Assembly: GCA_030295235.1 (NCBI GenBank)
Contig: AP026164.1
Coordinates: forward strand, 2,046,001 to 2,110,000
DNA length: 64,000 nt
Reading direction: 5' to 3'
Source of the DNA: Fistulifera solaris
Taxonomy: Eukaryota
Position numbers and translations under genes: made by a program. Positions within the stretch are counted from its first letter, which is position 1; every line of letters begins with the position of its first letter. Below are positions 25,472 to 36,505 of the stretch, piece by piece. Below the pieces are notes generated by a model. The model was not told the origin of the DNA and did not search any database. It saw nothing but the letters and a program-made list of their open reading frames with translations.

Positions 25472-27470
25472 TCATATAGTCACACCCAGCTTTTTAGCTA
25501 TTGCTCTGAATTCATCATGCCGAACAGAGCGGTTCACGGTGTCATCTTTCGCTTTGAAGTTTTCCAGAAACTTGGAATGATAAGAGACAAATTGGTAAAA
25601 GACCGGAAATTTGTGGCGTCTCACGTATCCTCTCTCTCTTCTATCGGCAAGAGCGAAGCCTTTCTCGAGGGCGGGCTCATAATACCACTTGGGACGGTAT
25701 TTCTTGATGTAACGGCTCAACTGATCGTAATTCACCTTTCCCCGCCCCTTCACGTCAATCAAGTCGAAAATACGCAGCAGTACTTCCATGGGTGGCAACT
25801 CATCGTCATTCTTGCCTGGACCACCATGTCGGGCTTGGATCGTCTTGAGAAGATTACCCATAGTAGAACTGGCGTCCGAAGTGTCACTATCACTCTGAGC
25901 GCCATCATCATTGTATACAGCTTGCGATGAGCACCACGCACAAACATCATCCAGACGGACAGAATCCTGCTGGCTGCCGATCAGGCGTTGCACGGCTTCA
26001 CTAATATCCATGCCGGTGATACCTTTCACCTGAGCAACCGCTTGGGCTCGGCTGATCTCGGCATCTCGGTTCTCACCCCCTCCAAGTTGAATCCACAGGC
26101 TACTATAGCGAGCAGAGTATTCACAAAAGACTGGAAATTCACTGCGCAAGACATTGCCGTCGCGGTCTTTGTCGGCAAAAGCAATCGCACGGATCATCGA
26201 AGAGCCTCTATTGAGCTCCGGATATTCGGACGTGACAAGGTGATCAAGTTGATCCAACCCCATCATGCCTTTCTTCTCCCGATCATACAGATCAAATGTC
26301 GTCATGAGAACTCCTAGCGGAGGAACGTTAATGGGAGTCGCTTTCTTGTCTACGTTTTTCTTCATATCAGATTCGACCAGAGTTCGCTCATCTTGACTAT
26401 CTTCACTTATCAATGTACTGTTCAGATTAAAAGCGTTTACACCCGCATCGGTAGACGTAGGCTCATCTTGACTATCGGCACTAATCAATGTACTGTTGAG
26501 ATTGTTTGCGCGAGAATCGTCACTCTTCAAAATATCGTCAATAGTGTTCAGCCCCAGATCGACGTTCTCTTTGCCATGAAGAGACGTAATTTCTGAAGAA
26601 TTTCCTGGTCGATTGTCCCACGTTAGCAAATCAAGCTTCTTTTTTGCGCAAGCATCGCAGAATGCCTGCAACCGCGCGAATCCGTCGCCATCCGGATGAA
26701 TGGAATTCCAAGTCTCTTCCACATCCTCAAAAAGCCCCAACTTTTTCGCGACGGGCGTGTATTCTTTCTTGGAAATCCGCCATTCATCGTCATTTTCAAA
26801 AGATTAAATTCATCCCACACGCTATTGAAGTATAGAACGTACAGCAAGAAGTAGGGAAAGTCAATTTCGGCCAACGTCCCGCCCTTGTTGCCGTACGAAT
26901 CCACGGCCAACGCCCGGTACCGAAGACCCGGATAGACTTTCGCCAGGTGCATTTCCAATTCAGAAATAGGAAGTAAACCTTTTCCCCCACATCCAAATGA
27001 CGAAAGAGTTGCAACACTTCTTCGAAATTGGGAAAGTCCGTAGATGCCAGCGCAGACTTGGCGTACTCTTTCGCTTTGGCATCAGCCTTCACTAGCTTTT
27101 CCGACTGACTTTTCTTCCGGCCAGAAATCTCGGAGGGGATGGGAATTTTGGAATGCCGGGTGAGCTCAAATTTCAACGATCGTCGATAATCCAATTTGCG
27201 AGGTTGCGCTATCTGTTCCGTGGAGTTTCGTCGGGGTCCGGACCTCACACCAGACGGAGATTTTTCTTTCGGTGGCATTTTCCGAGGAGCCGGGGTGTAG
27301 GATTTGAAGCGGGACGGGGTCAAGTTTCCCGAATATTCCAAAAAGCTCGAGGAGGTGCGTTTGAGGCCTTCCGGAAGCTCGGCGTCATTTTGCTTCATGC
27401 GAGACGCGTTTGTTTGTGTTTCATACAGTCGCTCGAACACATTGCGGCTGAGGTACTTGTCGACGTCCAT
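25472..27470 (-). CDS. Multi-EF-hand calcium-binding protein with calflagin-like repeats; two frameshifts
   Basis: EF-like loops 'DLYDREKKGMMGLDQL', 'ADKDRDGNVLRSEF' and 'DLIDVKGRGKVNYDQL' form three repeated units. ORFs 26796-27575, 26623-26958 and 25472-26740 join. ATG at 27470 (MDVDKYL). Confidence 0.75.
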
Positions 27471-28192
27471 ATTTCTCAGGGGATATTTTAACTTGTATCT
27501 CCTTATTCTTATTATTAGTCTGGTGACTAAAGTGAAAAAATAGATCTGCAGCAACAGGAAAATGGATCGCTTCAACTGAAATCCCTTGATACGAATCTCC
27601 CCTGATCTCGCTCACTCAAATGGCAAAAACACCAAACTGATAAGCAGTTACTTAGAGATACTTCTTTAATCAATGGATTATCTCGTTTAGATGTCTTCTG
27701 GCAAAGACCGAATGATGGAGTTGAATCAATTGCAGATTTCTTTTTGCGCGCGAAAGAAACCAGGAAAATGGTGGTGCATCCTCCCTCCAAGTACCGCTTT
27801 CTCGATTCGTACTTTCAGTGGGATACGAAAGGAGTTGGAACTGTTTTCAGCATATGAGAGATGCAGCCTGGCTCACTCTATTTTTGGGACGTCATTGAGC
27901 TCAACAAGTAGTAGTGCAAAAGGCTCCTCCCTAATCCATAAAATCCTATACCTGAAAATGTAGGACAAATTTTTGAACTTTCTCTGTTGGAAAAATTTAG
28001 GATTTGGTGCGGAGGCCGCGCGCGCTCGCTGTGCGGGTCGCGGTTGTCTCTACCGGTGCGACTTCATACGGCAACCACTGATTTTAAAAACGTTCTTTAC
28101 GCGCTCATAACAACATCATGTATTTCGGCAATCACCACTGTAGCATCTTATCATAACATCAAAACGATTTTATCATTCAGCGAGAGCACATC

Positions 28193-30090
28193 ATGAGCTC
28201 CCGGAATGAGAATGGTGACGAGGAGGAAGTCCAGAATGTCCTGGATCCCAACGCCGTAGTGCCTCAACTGGCCTCGCAAAGCATCACGTTCGGCGACATG
28301 GCCATTGCCGTCAGGGTACTGAATGCCGTCGGTGATTTGATGCCCAAAAAGAAACAAAAGACAACAGAATCTGCTGACTATTTGAGTCATTATCAACACA
28401 AAAATTTGAGGCCATTCCGCAAAGCGCTCTCTGGTTGTCTCGAATTACACAAACGTACGATGTTCCAAGGAAAGACCGAAGAACAGCACTACGAACAGAG
28501 ATTAGAGGAAAGAAAGTTGAAACGACAAAAGATTGCCGAGACACAAATGCAAAAATTACATATTGCAAAAACTGCTCTCCGGAAGGGTCGAATGGAGCGA
28601 CTGCAGGAATTACTGACCGATCAGCAAGAGGAAGAACAGGCAAAGCTGCTGGCCAGTCAGAATCGATTGAAGTTTGTTCCGGATGGCCATGTGGAAACGG
28701 CACTTCCCATGATGCTAAAGGATGTAGCAGAAGAAGAGTTTGTGACCCAGCTTCCAAAACTACGCTCCTGCTATGTTTGTAAGACTCGTTACCGAGAGTT
28801 GCACGCATTCTACGACCAGCTATGTCCTGTTTGCGCTGCCTTGAATTGGCAGAAGCGTCATGCGACGGCAGATTTGACCAATCGTGTGGCTGTGTTGACT
28901 GGAGCACGGGTCAAAATTGGTTTGCAGACTGCGTTGAAGCTCTTGCGCGCGAATTGCACGGTTGTGGCAACCACTCGTTTTCCGAATGCAGCCGCTGCCG
29001 TGTACAGAAAAGAAAGGGACTTTGACGAATGGAAGGATCGATTGCATATTTATGGTTTAGACTTGCGAGATGTAGCTGGATTGGAAGCTTTTGTGCGTTA
29101 CCTCAAGCTAAAGTTCACCAATGGAATCGATATTCTGATCAACAATGCCTGCCAGACAGTGCGGCGTCCCGCTGCTTATTATACACCCCAAGTGCAACGA
29201 GAGCAAGACCTGTGGACGGCAGGGGATGATGTTCATAAATCTATACTTGCTGGATGTCAAGAATTTGAGCGGATACGACGAAACGTCATGATGGATCATA
29301 AGAAAAGCGAGAAGCGTCGAGAAGGTGATCAGCTACCTAGCATACTGCCAGCAAGTGCCGGTGAAACCGAAAGCTTTGAAGAGATGGACGTTAGCACAAG
29401 TGACGGTAAAACTGAGATGAGAGTTTCGACTGTCAAACAGCCTACGCCATTCGATGTGAGTGGACTTTCACATGCTGCCGCTATGTCCCAAATGGTAATT
29501 TTACCCGAAGATGCAGGGTATCGGATTCTGTACTCCCACCTGGGATCACAGATATTAACGGCCAACAATTAGATTTGAGGACGACCAACTCATGGCTATT
29601 GAAAATGGAGCACGTATCGACTGCTGAATTGATGGAATGCATGTTTGTGAATGCCATTGCACCCTTCGTACTGAATTCTCGTTTAGTACCCTTGATGACA
29701 GTGCACTCTGGAGATGGACCGCGCGCTGATCGTTTCATTATTAATGTGTCCGCGATGGAAGGAAAGTTCTACAGATACAAGATGCCCAATCATCCTCACA
29801 CCAATATGGCTAAGGCGGCTTTGAACATGATGACAAGAACGTCGGCGGAGGATCTGGCGACAAAGCATGGTATCTACATGAACTCTGTAGATACTGGATG
29901 GATCAACGACGAGAATCCAGTGGAGAAGGCAAGTAAAATCGCTGAAGACAATCACTTTCAAACACCGATAGACGAGATTGATGCCGCTGCCAGGATACTT
30001 GATCCTGTATTCAGCGGCGTGAACAAACAGGACAACGGTGTGCTTGATTACGGAAAGTTTTTGAAGGACTACAGAGAAACAGAATGGTAG
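28193..30090 (+). CDS. Atypical short-chain dehydrogenase/reductase with CxxC..CxxC zinc-binding module; frameshift near 29517
   Basis: 'RSCYVCK...QLCPVCA', Rossmann motif 'VLTGARVKIG', 'DILINNACQT', 'INVSAMEGKF', 'HTNMAKAALNMMTRTSA', 'SVDTGW'. Confidence 0.88.
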
Positions 30091-30138
30091 GAAGTGATGA
30101 TCTAGAGTACTTCACATAAAAGTCTTCATTGTTATCGT

Positions 30139-31590
30139 CTACAATACAATAGCAGCAGCCAATACAAGACATGCCGAGTAGCATACAGTTGTGGCGTATG
30201 CGGCACTTCCAATGCCTTCTGCATTGGAAAAGCTGGCATACGTACTTTCGTCGGAACTACCGCTGGATTTTTTTACCCGATTTCTTCGACGATTTCTTCG
30301 ATCGTTTGCCCGATTTAGAGTTGCCTTTTCCGGATTTTCCCTTACCTCCTTTCCCAGATTGGCCCTTGCCAAAGAACGATCCTTTCCACCACCACTTGGA
30401 GGTGTTGGGAAAAAGTCGCCAGATGATGCAGAAACGGGAGAGTCACTTACTGGTGAAGGATCCGTGGGGATGATTTCCGTGACCGGTGAAGGTGCAGGCA
30501 CAAGCGTCTCAAAACCGCCAACGGGTGCCGTGGGAATGGCTTCCTCGATTGCAGCTGTCGGTGTCTGTGTGGTTTGGTCTTGAGGGAATGGTGATGATGA
30601 AGGCATGGAGGGTGCTAACGTGTCGGGAATGGGAGACGACACTGGCGTTTCAACGCTTACGGCAGGAGTAGGTCCCATCGTACTTTGTTCCTCCACCGGC
30701 GTGACGGTAGGAATCGAGGTGGAGTTCGTGTCACTTATCTCACTTGTTGTCAGTTCTGTTTCGCCATTGTCGTAAAGGCGAATCCAATCGACTAACATAC
30801 TAGCCGGCAGCGGAGCAGTAATTTCCTCAGGTCCCCGGAAGTCGCACCCACCCGATGATCCGCTCGAAGAAGACGACCCTCCGCACGATTGCTGGTCTGT
30901 TGTGAAGCCACCACCCACCGCTAAATTAAGTAAAATACCATGCTGCCAATGAAATTCCTCACAATCGGTACAATTGGGGCCAATGTCGAACCTCATGACA
31001 GTCGTATCATCCACAAAAGTTTCAATGAAGGTGCTGTTCCATTCTATCTTGTAGACGTGCCACGTACCGTTTAGATCGGTGGAGAAATCAATGGCATCAT
31101 CGTGAAGAGCATAAGTACCTTCGTGAACCCAATGCGCTGCGGAGTACACTTTTCGATTATCTTGTCCCCGCCATCCAACTTCCGCAATATCGATTTCGCC
31201 ACTGTCCGGCCACGGCTTATTCACATCCCCCATCAACCAAAAAGCCGGCCATAAACCAGAAACAATATCCGGCATTTGAATTCTGGCTTCCAGTGTACCG
31301 TACTTGAACGCCACTTTACCCATGGTCTTGACACGAGCCGATGTAAAGACAGTGTCACCGACTTTGTGAGCTTGAATGACCAGATTCCCATTTTCTACCC
31401 GAACATTGGCGGGCTCTTTAGTATAGGTTTGAAGTTCACCATTGCCCCATTGATGCACTCCTGTCCCCAAGTCATAATCCCAATATTGTGTGTCGGGTTC
31501 GTAGGACATGCTGTCATCGAATTCATCCGACCATAGTAAGGATGCCGAGACCATCTGAGAGGTCAAGAGGATGAATGTGGATAACTTCAT
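30139..31590 (-). CDS. Secreted GH16 beta-1,3-glucanase with Pro/Thr/Ser-rich stalk and hydrophobic (GPI/TM-like) C-terminus
   Basis: Signal peptide, 'WSDEFD', 'WGNGELQTY', 'GLWPAFW', catalytic 'GEIDIAE', 'LLNLAVGG', 'MLVDWIRLY'. C-terminus 'CYSACLVLAAAIVL'. Confidence 0.9.
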   Translation of the reverse strand: MKLSTFILLTSQMVSASLLWSDEFDDSMSYEPDTQYWDYDLGTGVHQWGNGELQTYTKEPANVRVENGNLVIQAHKVGDTVFTSARVKTMGKVAFKYGTLEARIQMPDIVSGLWPAFWLMGDVNKPWPDSGEIDIAEVGWRGQDNRKVYSAAHWVHEGTYALHDDAIDFSTDLNGTWHVYKIEWNSTFIETFVDDTTVMRFDIGPNCTDCEEFHWQHGILLNLAVGGGFTTDQQSCGGSSSSSGSSGGCDFRGPEEITAPLPASMLVDWIRLYDNGETELTTSEISDTNSTSIPTVTPVEEQSTMGPTPAVSVETPVSSPIPDTLAPSMPSSSPFPQDQTTQTPTAAIEEAIPTAPVGGFETLVPAPSPVTEIIPTDPSPVSDSPVSASSGDFFPTPPSGGGKDRSLARANLGKEVRENPEKATLNRANDRRNRRRNRVKKSSGSSDESTYASFSNAEGIGSAAYATTVCYSACLVLAAAIVL

Positions 31591-32564
31591 GATTTTATCG
31601 TTGAACGAGGATTGTCGGCAGCAATTCGGTGCTTCAAAGGGTTCATTTGCGGACGATAATAGAGAATTGTGATCGACTTGTGGTCGGTTTTTCTTTCTTG
31701 TTAATTCGTCCGGTTCGGAGTCTCTTGCATTTTTGTCGGTTGGAAAAGGGTGGAGAGTGTGGAGAACGATCCGGAGGAGCTTCGAGAATCAGTTGTGCGC
31801 TTTTCTACTCTCACCGCGCAAGTCGGCAACCAACTGAAGTTGGACGGTACACAAGCAACTTATAGTAAAAAGTTATTAGTACTTGGGAGTATGAAAACGT
31901 TCAAACATTTCAATTGCTCTCAGAACCTCTTTCAAACGTGTTTAGCATTCCTTACTACTTGGTTCGAGACACTCATAGGGTACCACTGTGATTTCCACAC
32001 TGGACGCCATCTCCAAATTTTTCGTCACGATTGAAATCGACTCCAACCTTCAGTCGTGGAACTTCAACCAAGAATTCTATGGATGATGCGGAGCGGCCCA
32101 TCATAGAAAGGAGCACAAGGCACAAGCCTAGTTGTTGAAACAAGAAGGAAAAAAGATGAAGAAGTACAAGTAGTAAACAGAAAATGATCTAGTCTACTAA
32201 ATTAAGGGATTAGTAGGCTTACTTACGCTTAGAAAGAGGAAAACTCGGTGCAGGTCACGAGCACGAAGAAACTCGACTAGCTTTCTTTCATTTTTACAGT
32301 GTGATTCACGGTTGAGAGTTAGATGGATGAGGGAGTAAAGAGTTGCGGCTGCTTATGCTTATTAATAGATGCGATGCGATACCGGTACGACGCGTGACAC
32401 AATGAAACGTGAAAGGGCATCCAACCAACAACCAACATCTTTAGCTTGAAAATGAAAAAAAAACATAAGAAAGAAAAGTCACATTGCATAAGAGCAGCAG
32501 CAGCACTGATTGATAAGACTTATGAATCGCTGTTCTCGTAGGAAATGAAGTTACTTGTTTCTCT

Positions 32565-33113
32565 ATGTCGCGCAAATCAGGGCATTCTGAAACAAAAATG
32601 GGATTGATGGAAGCTTTGCTACGGCATCACGGTCCTGCGACAGCCCACAACATTTATCATACAACGTGTCCAATTGTCAAAGCCAGCATCGGTCAACACA
32701 TTCGTCACAGTATGGATCATATAGAACATGCTGTCCGGGCAGCACTGGATCCGAAACACGAACTGCATTATGATCGAAGAGAACGAGGAGGAGCGGATGA
32801 GAATCATTGGGATGCAGCTCACGATCGGTTGCACAAAATCGCTAGTCTCATCGACGATCTGAGTGAATCCAATGCCGTCACAGAACATCCCGTTGGGGCA
32901 TTGTTTATGTTGTCGGGAGATACCGATACCGAATTTCGATTACACTCGACGGTAGCACGCGAATTGGGTTTTGCTGCTCATCACGCGATTCATCATTTGG
33001 CCATGGTAAAAATTATTGCCACAAACGAAGTTGGAAACTTGAGAGAAAGCGATCTCCCACCTGATTTTGGCCGGGCACCGAGTACAGTGAACTATGATCA
33101 TTGTTGGAAATAA
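32565..33113 (+). CDS. DinB/YfiT-superfamily metal-binding protein, bacterial-like
   Basis: 'SIGQHIRHSMDH', 'YDRRERG', 'RELGFAAHHAIHHLAMVK' and 'DFGRAPST' match the His-triad pattern of DinB-family proteins. Intronless. Confidence 0.8.
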   Translation: MSRKSGHSETKMGLMEALLRHHGPATAHNIYHTTCPIVKASIGQHIRHSMDHIEHAVRAALDPKHELHYDRRERGGADENHWDAAHDRLHKIASLIDDLSESNAVTEHPVGALFMLSGDTDTEFRLHSTVARELGFAAHHAIHHLAMVKIIATNEVGNLRESDLPPDFGRAPSTVNYDHCWK

Positions 33114-33674
33114 ACCAAGAAGCATCACTGCAAAGGAAGCCTTTATCGCATATTTCAGTAAGAGAGAATGGACCATACTTCATCTAATGTTTTCCATAAA
33201 CGGCTAGCTCCGGTCTTGGACACTGAAAAGGACTTTGAGCACGACTTTAATGAGCGCAATAATTTAGAGTGCCAGTCCTTTTTTTGGGGATAAGATTGCA
33301 CATAAACACGCTGATGCTTTGCACAGTCGATACAAGACACATTTCCTTAGTAACAATGATACTTTCTTTTAGTCTAATTATGCACCTTCGGTATTGTAGA
33401 TCGATAGCTATGAGGATATGATCACCAGTACGACACAATGTGAATCAGCCGTCCATCCTTCACCAGTAGACTGTGACGTTGGTGTTGTTGGGCCGACATC
33501 GAAGTTGAATGTTCAAAACAAAGGGCGGATAACGCGATGAGGATGTTCGCCATTTCTTCATCAGAACATAACCAACTAAACATCAAGAGCCATCGGAATC
33601 GGAATACCGACTGACACGTATCAGCAATTAAATATAAAAAACTTAGGTTGTCATTCCAGCGCTTCTTCGTCATC

Positions 33675-34397
33675 ATGTTCGTGCAAAAGCTACTCTGGTC
33701 ACAAATCCTGATTCTGCTCGGATCATCCGTCGAATCGTTCGTGGTTGCTGGAGGCTCGAAACGAAATGTAGTACTTCATGAAACCGCAGCATCCACAAAT
33801 AGCGTCTTATATCCGGCCTACGAAATAGAGAAATTACCCATGCGCATCGGTCACGGCTTTGACATTCATCGGATGGCACCGATCGCCGAGGCTGGTCAAC
33901 CCATTGTGATTGCCGGTGTACAAATCACGCACACGCCAGATCAAAAGTGGGTGGATGTCGAAGGAAAATATGCCGACTCGCCGGGTGCAATATTCCCGAC
34001 CGAATTGGGCGTAGTGGCTCATTCCGATGGGGATGTCGTCTATCATTCCATCGTGGATGCCATTTTGGGGGCTCTCACCTTACCCGACATCGGTCAAGTC
34101 TTCCCGGATACGGACGCTCGGTGGAAAGGTTGTGATTCCAGTAAGTTCATGGAAGAGGCTTACCGTATCATGAATGAATATGGATATAGTTTAGGCAATG
34201 TCGATGTTACGCTGATATTGGAAAGACCCAAAGTGGCGTCGTTCAAACCAGCTATGAAAGAAAACATTGTGCGACTATTGCACACGACACCGGGTCGAGT
34301 CAACATCAAAGCTCGCACACATGAGCGAGTGGATTCCGTGGGTGAGCTTCGAAGTCTTGCCTGCCACGTGGTGTTGACTCTAGTGCGTAATGATTAA
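33675..34397 (+). CDS. ispF: 2-C-methyl-D-erythritol 2,4-cyclodiphosphate synthase, plastid-targeted
   Basis: 'MRIGHGFDIHRM', 'AHSDGDVVYHSIVDAILGA', 'DIGQVFPD', 'VNIKART'. Signal peptide ends 'VESF'. Confidence 0.96.
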   Translation: MFVQKLLWSQILILLGSSVESFVVAGGSKRNVVLHETAASTNSVLYPAYEIEKLPMRIGHGFDIHRMAPIAEAGQPIVIAGVQITHTPDQKWVDVEGKYADSPGAIFPTELGVVAHSDGDVVYHSIVDAILGALTLPDIGQVFPDTDARWKGCDSSKFMEEAYRIMNEYGYSLGNVDVTLILERPKVASFKPAMKENIVRLLHTTPGRVNIKARTHERVDSVGELRSLACHVVLTLVRND

Positions 34398-34625
34398 TTA
34401 TTCTATCATTTACAAAGCATCCTAGATATCTTTCCGAGCTCACCTTGTAAGAGCTGCCTTTAAGCCACCAACTTCGTCTCGAACCGTCCTACCACTCGGT
34501 TACATGAAATTACAGAAACCACTGCTCAGCTGTTTTTATTGATGCAGTGAAACGTTCACCGAATACCGAATAGCTAGATATTGACGAGTTGAATCTAGAC
34601 TCTTTTAAAAACATGCAAAAGACCG

Positions 34626-35960
34626 TCATGGCGATGTTTCATCATTCTGTACAGATGAAGGTAAGTTTCCATACACGCGGTCCCACAATTCGTTGAGCAT
34701 GTGCATGCAGGCACTATTGTTGGCGACCCAAACAAGGAATTTGGCCGCCTGTGTTGGGGTCAAAATGCTGCGCACATTGTCAAACTCCGTTTCCAAGTCA
34801 TCTCCCGTTTGCGCCAAGCGGTTGCGCAATTCTCCCAATACGCTGAGCGCGGTTTCGAGACAACCGTCCAGCTCCTGTGCGACATACCGGCTATCTTTCA
34901 AGGCAGCCGCCTGCTCGGGGGTGACTTCAAGATAATTCACTAGGTATTGAAAAAGTGCTTTGGGGTCCATCTTGTTTGGATAGGGACTGCCGTTTGTATC
35001 CGCAGCTGTGGTGGTTTGAGACGAGGGGCCTGTCGGGCGAAGAATAGTAGGAGAAGCCATCGACAAAGGCGACGACGATGAGCCGGATTCTTGGACGTTG
35101 GCGGGACGTGTTGCTGTATTTGTTACACCCACTTTGTTCGTCCCTGCCGTAGACTCCATAGAAATACCCCGACTCACTTTCGTTTCCAGTTTGGATGCTG
35201 TGTCCGGAACATTCTGAACAGCTCCACCCTGCATCGCCTGCAATACTAACGATGTCGTTTGCGTAGGCATCAAAAGTCGTTCAATATTTTTCAAATGAAA
35301 CTCAATGGCAGACCGTCGCGACTTGCCATAATCCGCGTGTTTCTCTTTAAACTCCTCTAGTTGTGCGTAAATATCCGCTTCCGAAGCCCCGGATTTCAAC
35401 AAGTCATCAATATCCTGTGTCAGCTTTTCTTGATCCCGCAGTCGACTGTCTTCGGCTTCCTCACCAATTTGCAACTGTAGACGCAACCGGAGATTCTCTC
35501 CCTCCAGTACATTGATTTGTCGTTCCAAATTTTCCGTGGCTTCGCGTTTGCGTCGACGACATTCTCGAGCCGAAAGTCGGTTCTTTTCCAAGCGTCGCAA
35601 TTTCTTTTCACTCAACATCTTGCCATCCTTGGTGTGCGTTAACAATGTTCTCTTACTTCCAGACGGACGGATCGATTGTTTTTGTGAGTCATCTTTGGAA
35701 TCGTCTCCTTCGTCGTCTTCCGAGTAATCGCTGCTTTTGTGTCCCGACAAAGAAGATGATGATTTTATTATCGGCTGATGCTCATCTTTCAGAAGGCTTG
35801 CAGTTGATTGATTGTTTAAATCTAAAGAAAGTTGCTCTACTGGAGCGTGCGATTTCGTCTCATGCTGACCAACCGAACCAGACGCAGTTTCAAGGCCTAT
35901 TGTTGTCGACTGCATCGTTCCTGTCGATGAAGCCGTTGTGGTAGTAGCAACTGCTGACAT
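34626..35960 (-). CDS. bZIP transcription factor
   Basis: 'KKLRRLEKNRLSARECRRRKREATENLERQINVLEGENLRLRLQL' basic region plus zipper. C-terminal 'ILTPTQAAKFLVWV' resembles the DOG1/TGA-type tail. Confidence 0.9.
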   Translation of the reverse strand: MSAVATTTTASSTGTMQSTTIGLETASGSVGQHETKSHAPVEQLSLDLNNQSTASLLKDEHQPIIKSSSSLSGHKSSDYSEDDEGDDSKDDSQKQSIRPSGSKRTLLTHTKDGKMLSEKKLRRLEKNRLSARECRRRKREATENLERQINVLEGENLRLRLQLQIGEEAEDSRLRDQEKLTQDIDDLLKSGASEADIYAQLEEFKEKHADYGKSRRSAIEFHLKNIERLLMPTQTTSLVLQAMQGGAVQNVPDTASKLETKVSRGISMESTAGTNKVGVTNTATRPANVQESGSSSSPLSMASPTILRPTGPSSQTTTAADTNGSPYPNKMDPKALFQYLVNYLEVTPEQAAALKDSRYVAQELDGCLETALSVLGELRNRLAQTGDDLETEFDNVRSILTPTQAAKFLVWVANNSACMHMLNELWDRVYGNLPSSVQNDETSP

Positions 35961-36505
35961 TGTAAAATAGATATAATGTTTCAAGTAAATGAGTCAAGAA
36001 ATAGAGACTTGGCTTTCTCAAGCAAACGAATGATTGCTAGTACTTTTATGTACTTGAGATGATGAGTCGTCGTTGGGGATCAAAATGAGAAAGAGGTTGC
36101 TTTTTGAAGTGGTTAAGCTCCGTGATGTGCAGTGTGTAGACCTACAGTAGGCAAGGTACGTGAAAAACTTGAAGTGAAGCCTCCCACTTGACCCTCGGAG
36201 GAAGGTCGGGTGGTCAACACTTGAATGCTACAGTGCCTTGGGTACCACTCATTTATTTGTTAAAGGGTGGAGTACCGTTCTATTAAGTAAAACTCCTGTA
36301 AGTAGTTTTCGACTGCATGTGCAGTTCACACCAACGTACAGCGACCGGTCACGCGCACGCTTCCTCCCGCCACAAAAAATGCCGCCATCGAAAGGAAAGA
36401 AACGATCGAATGACGAGGAGGTCAACACATCTCGCGTCGTTTGAATTCTCTTACATAAATAACGGGAGAAAACAAACTATATCTTCTTCATAACTCACCC
36501 ATACA

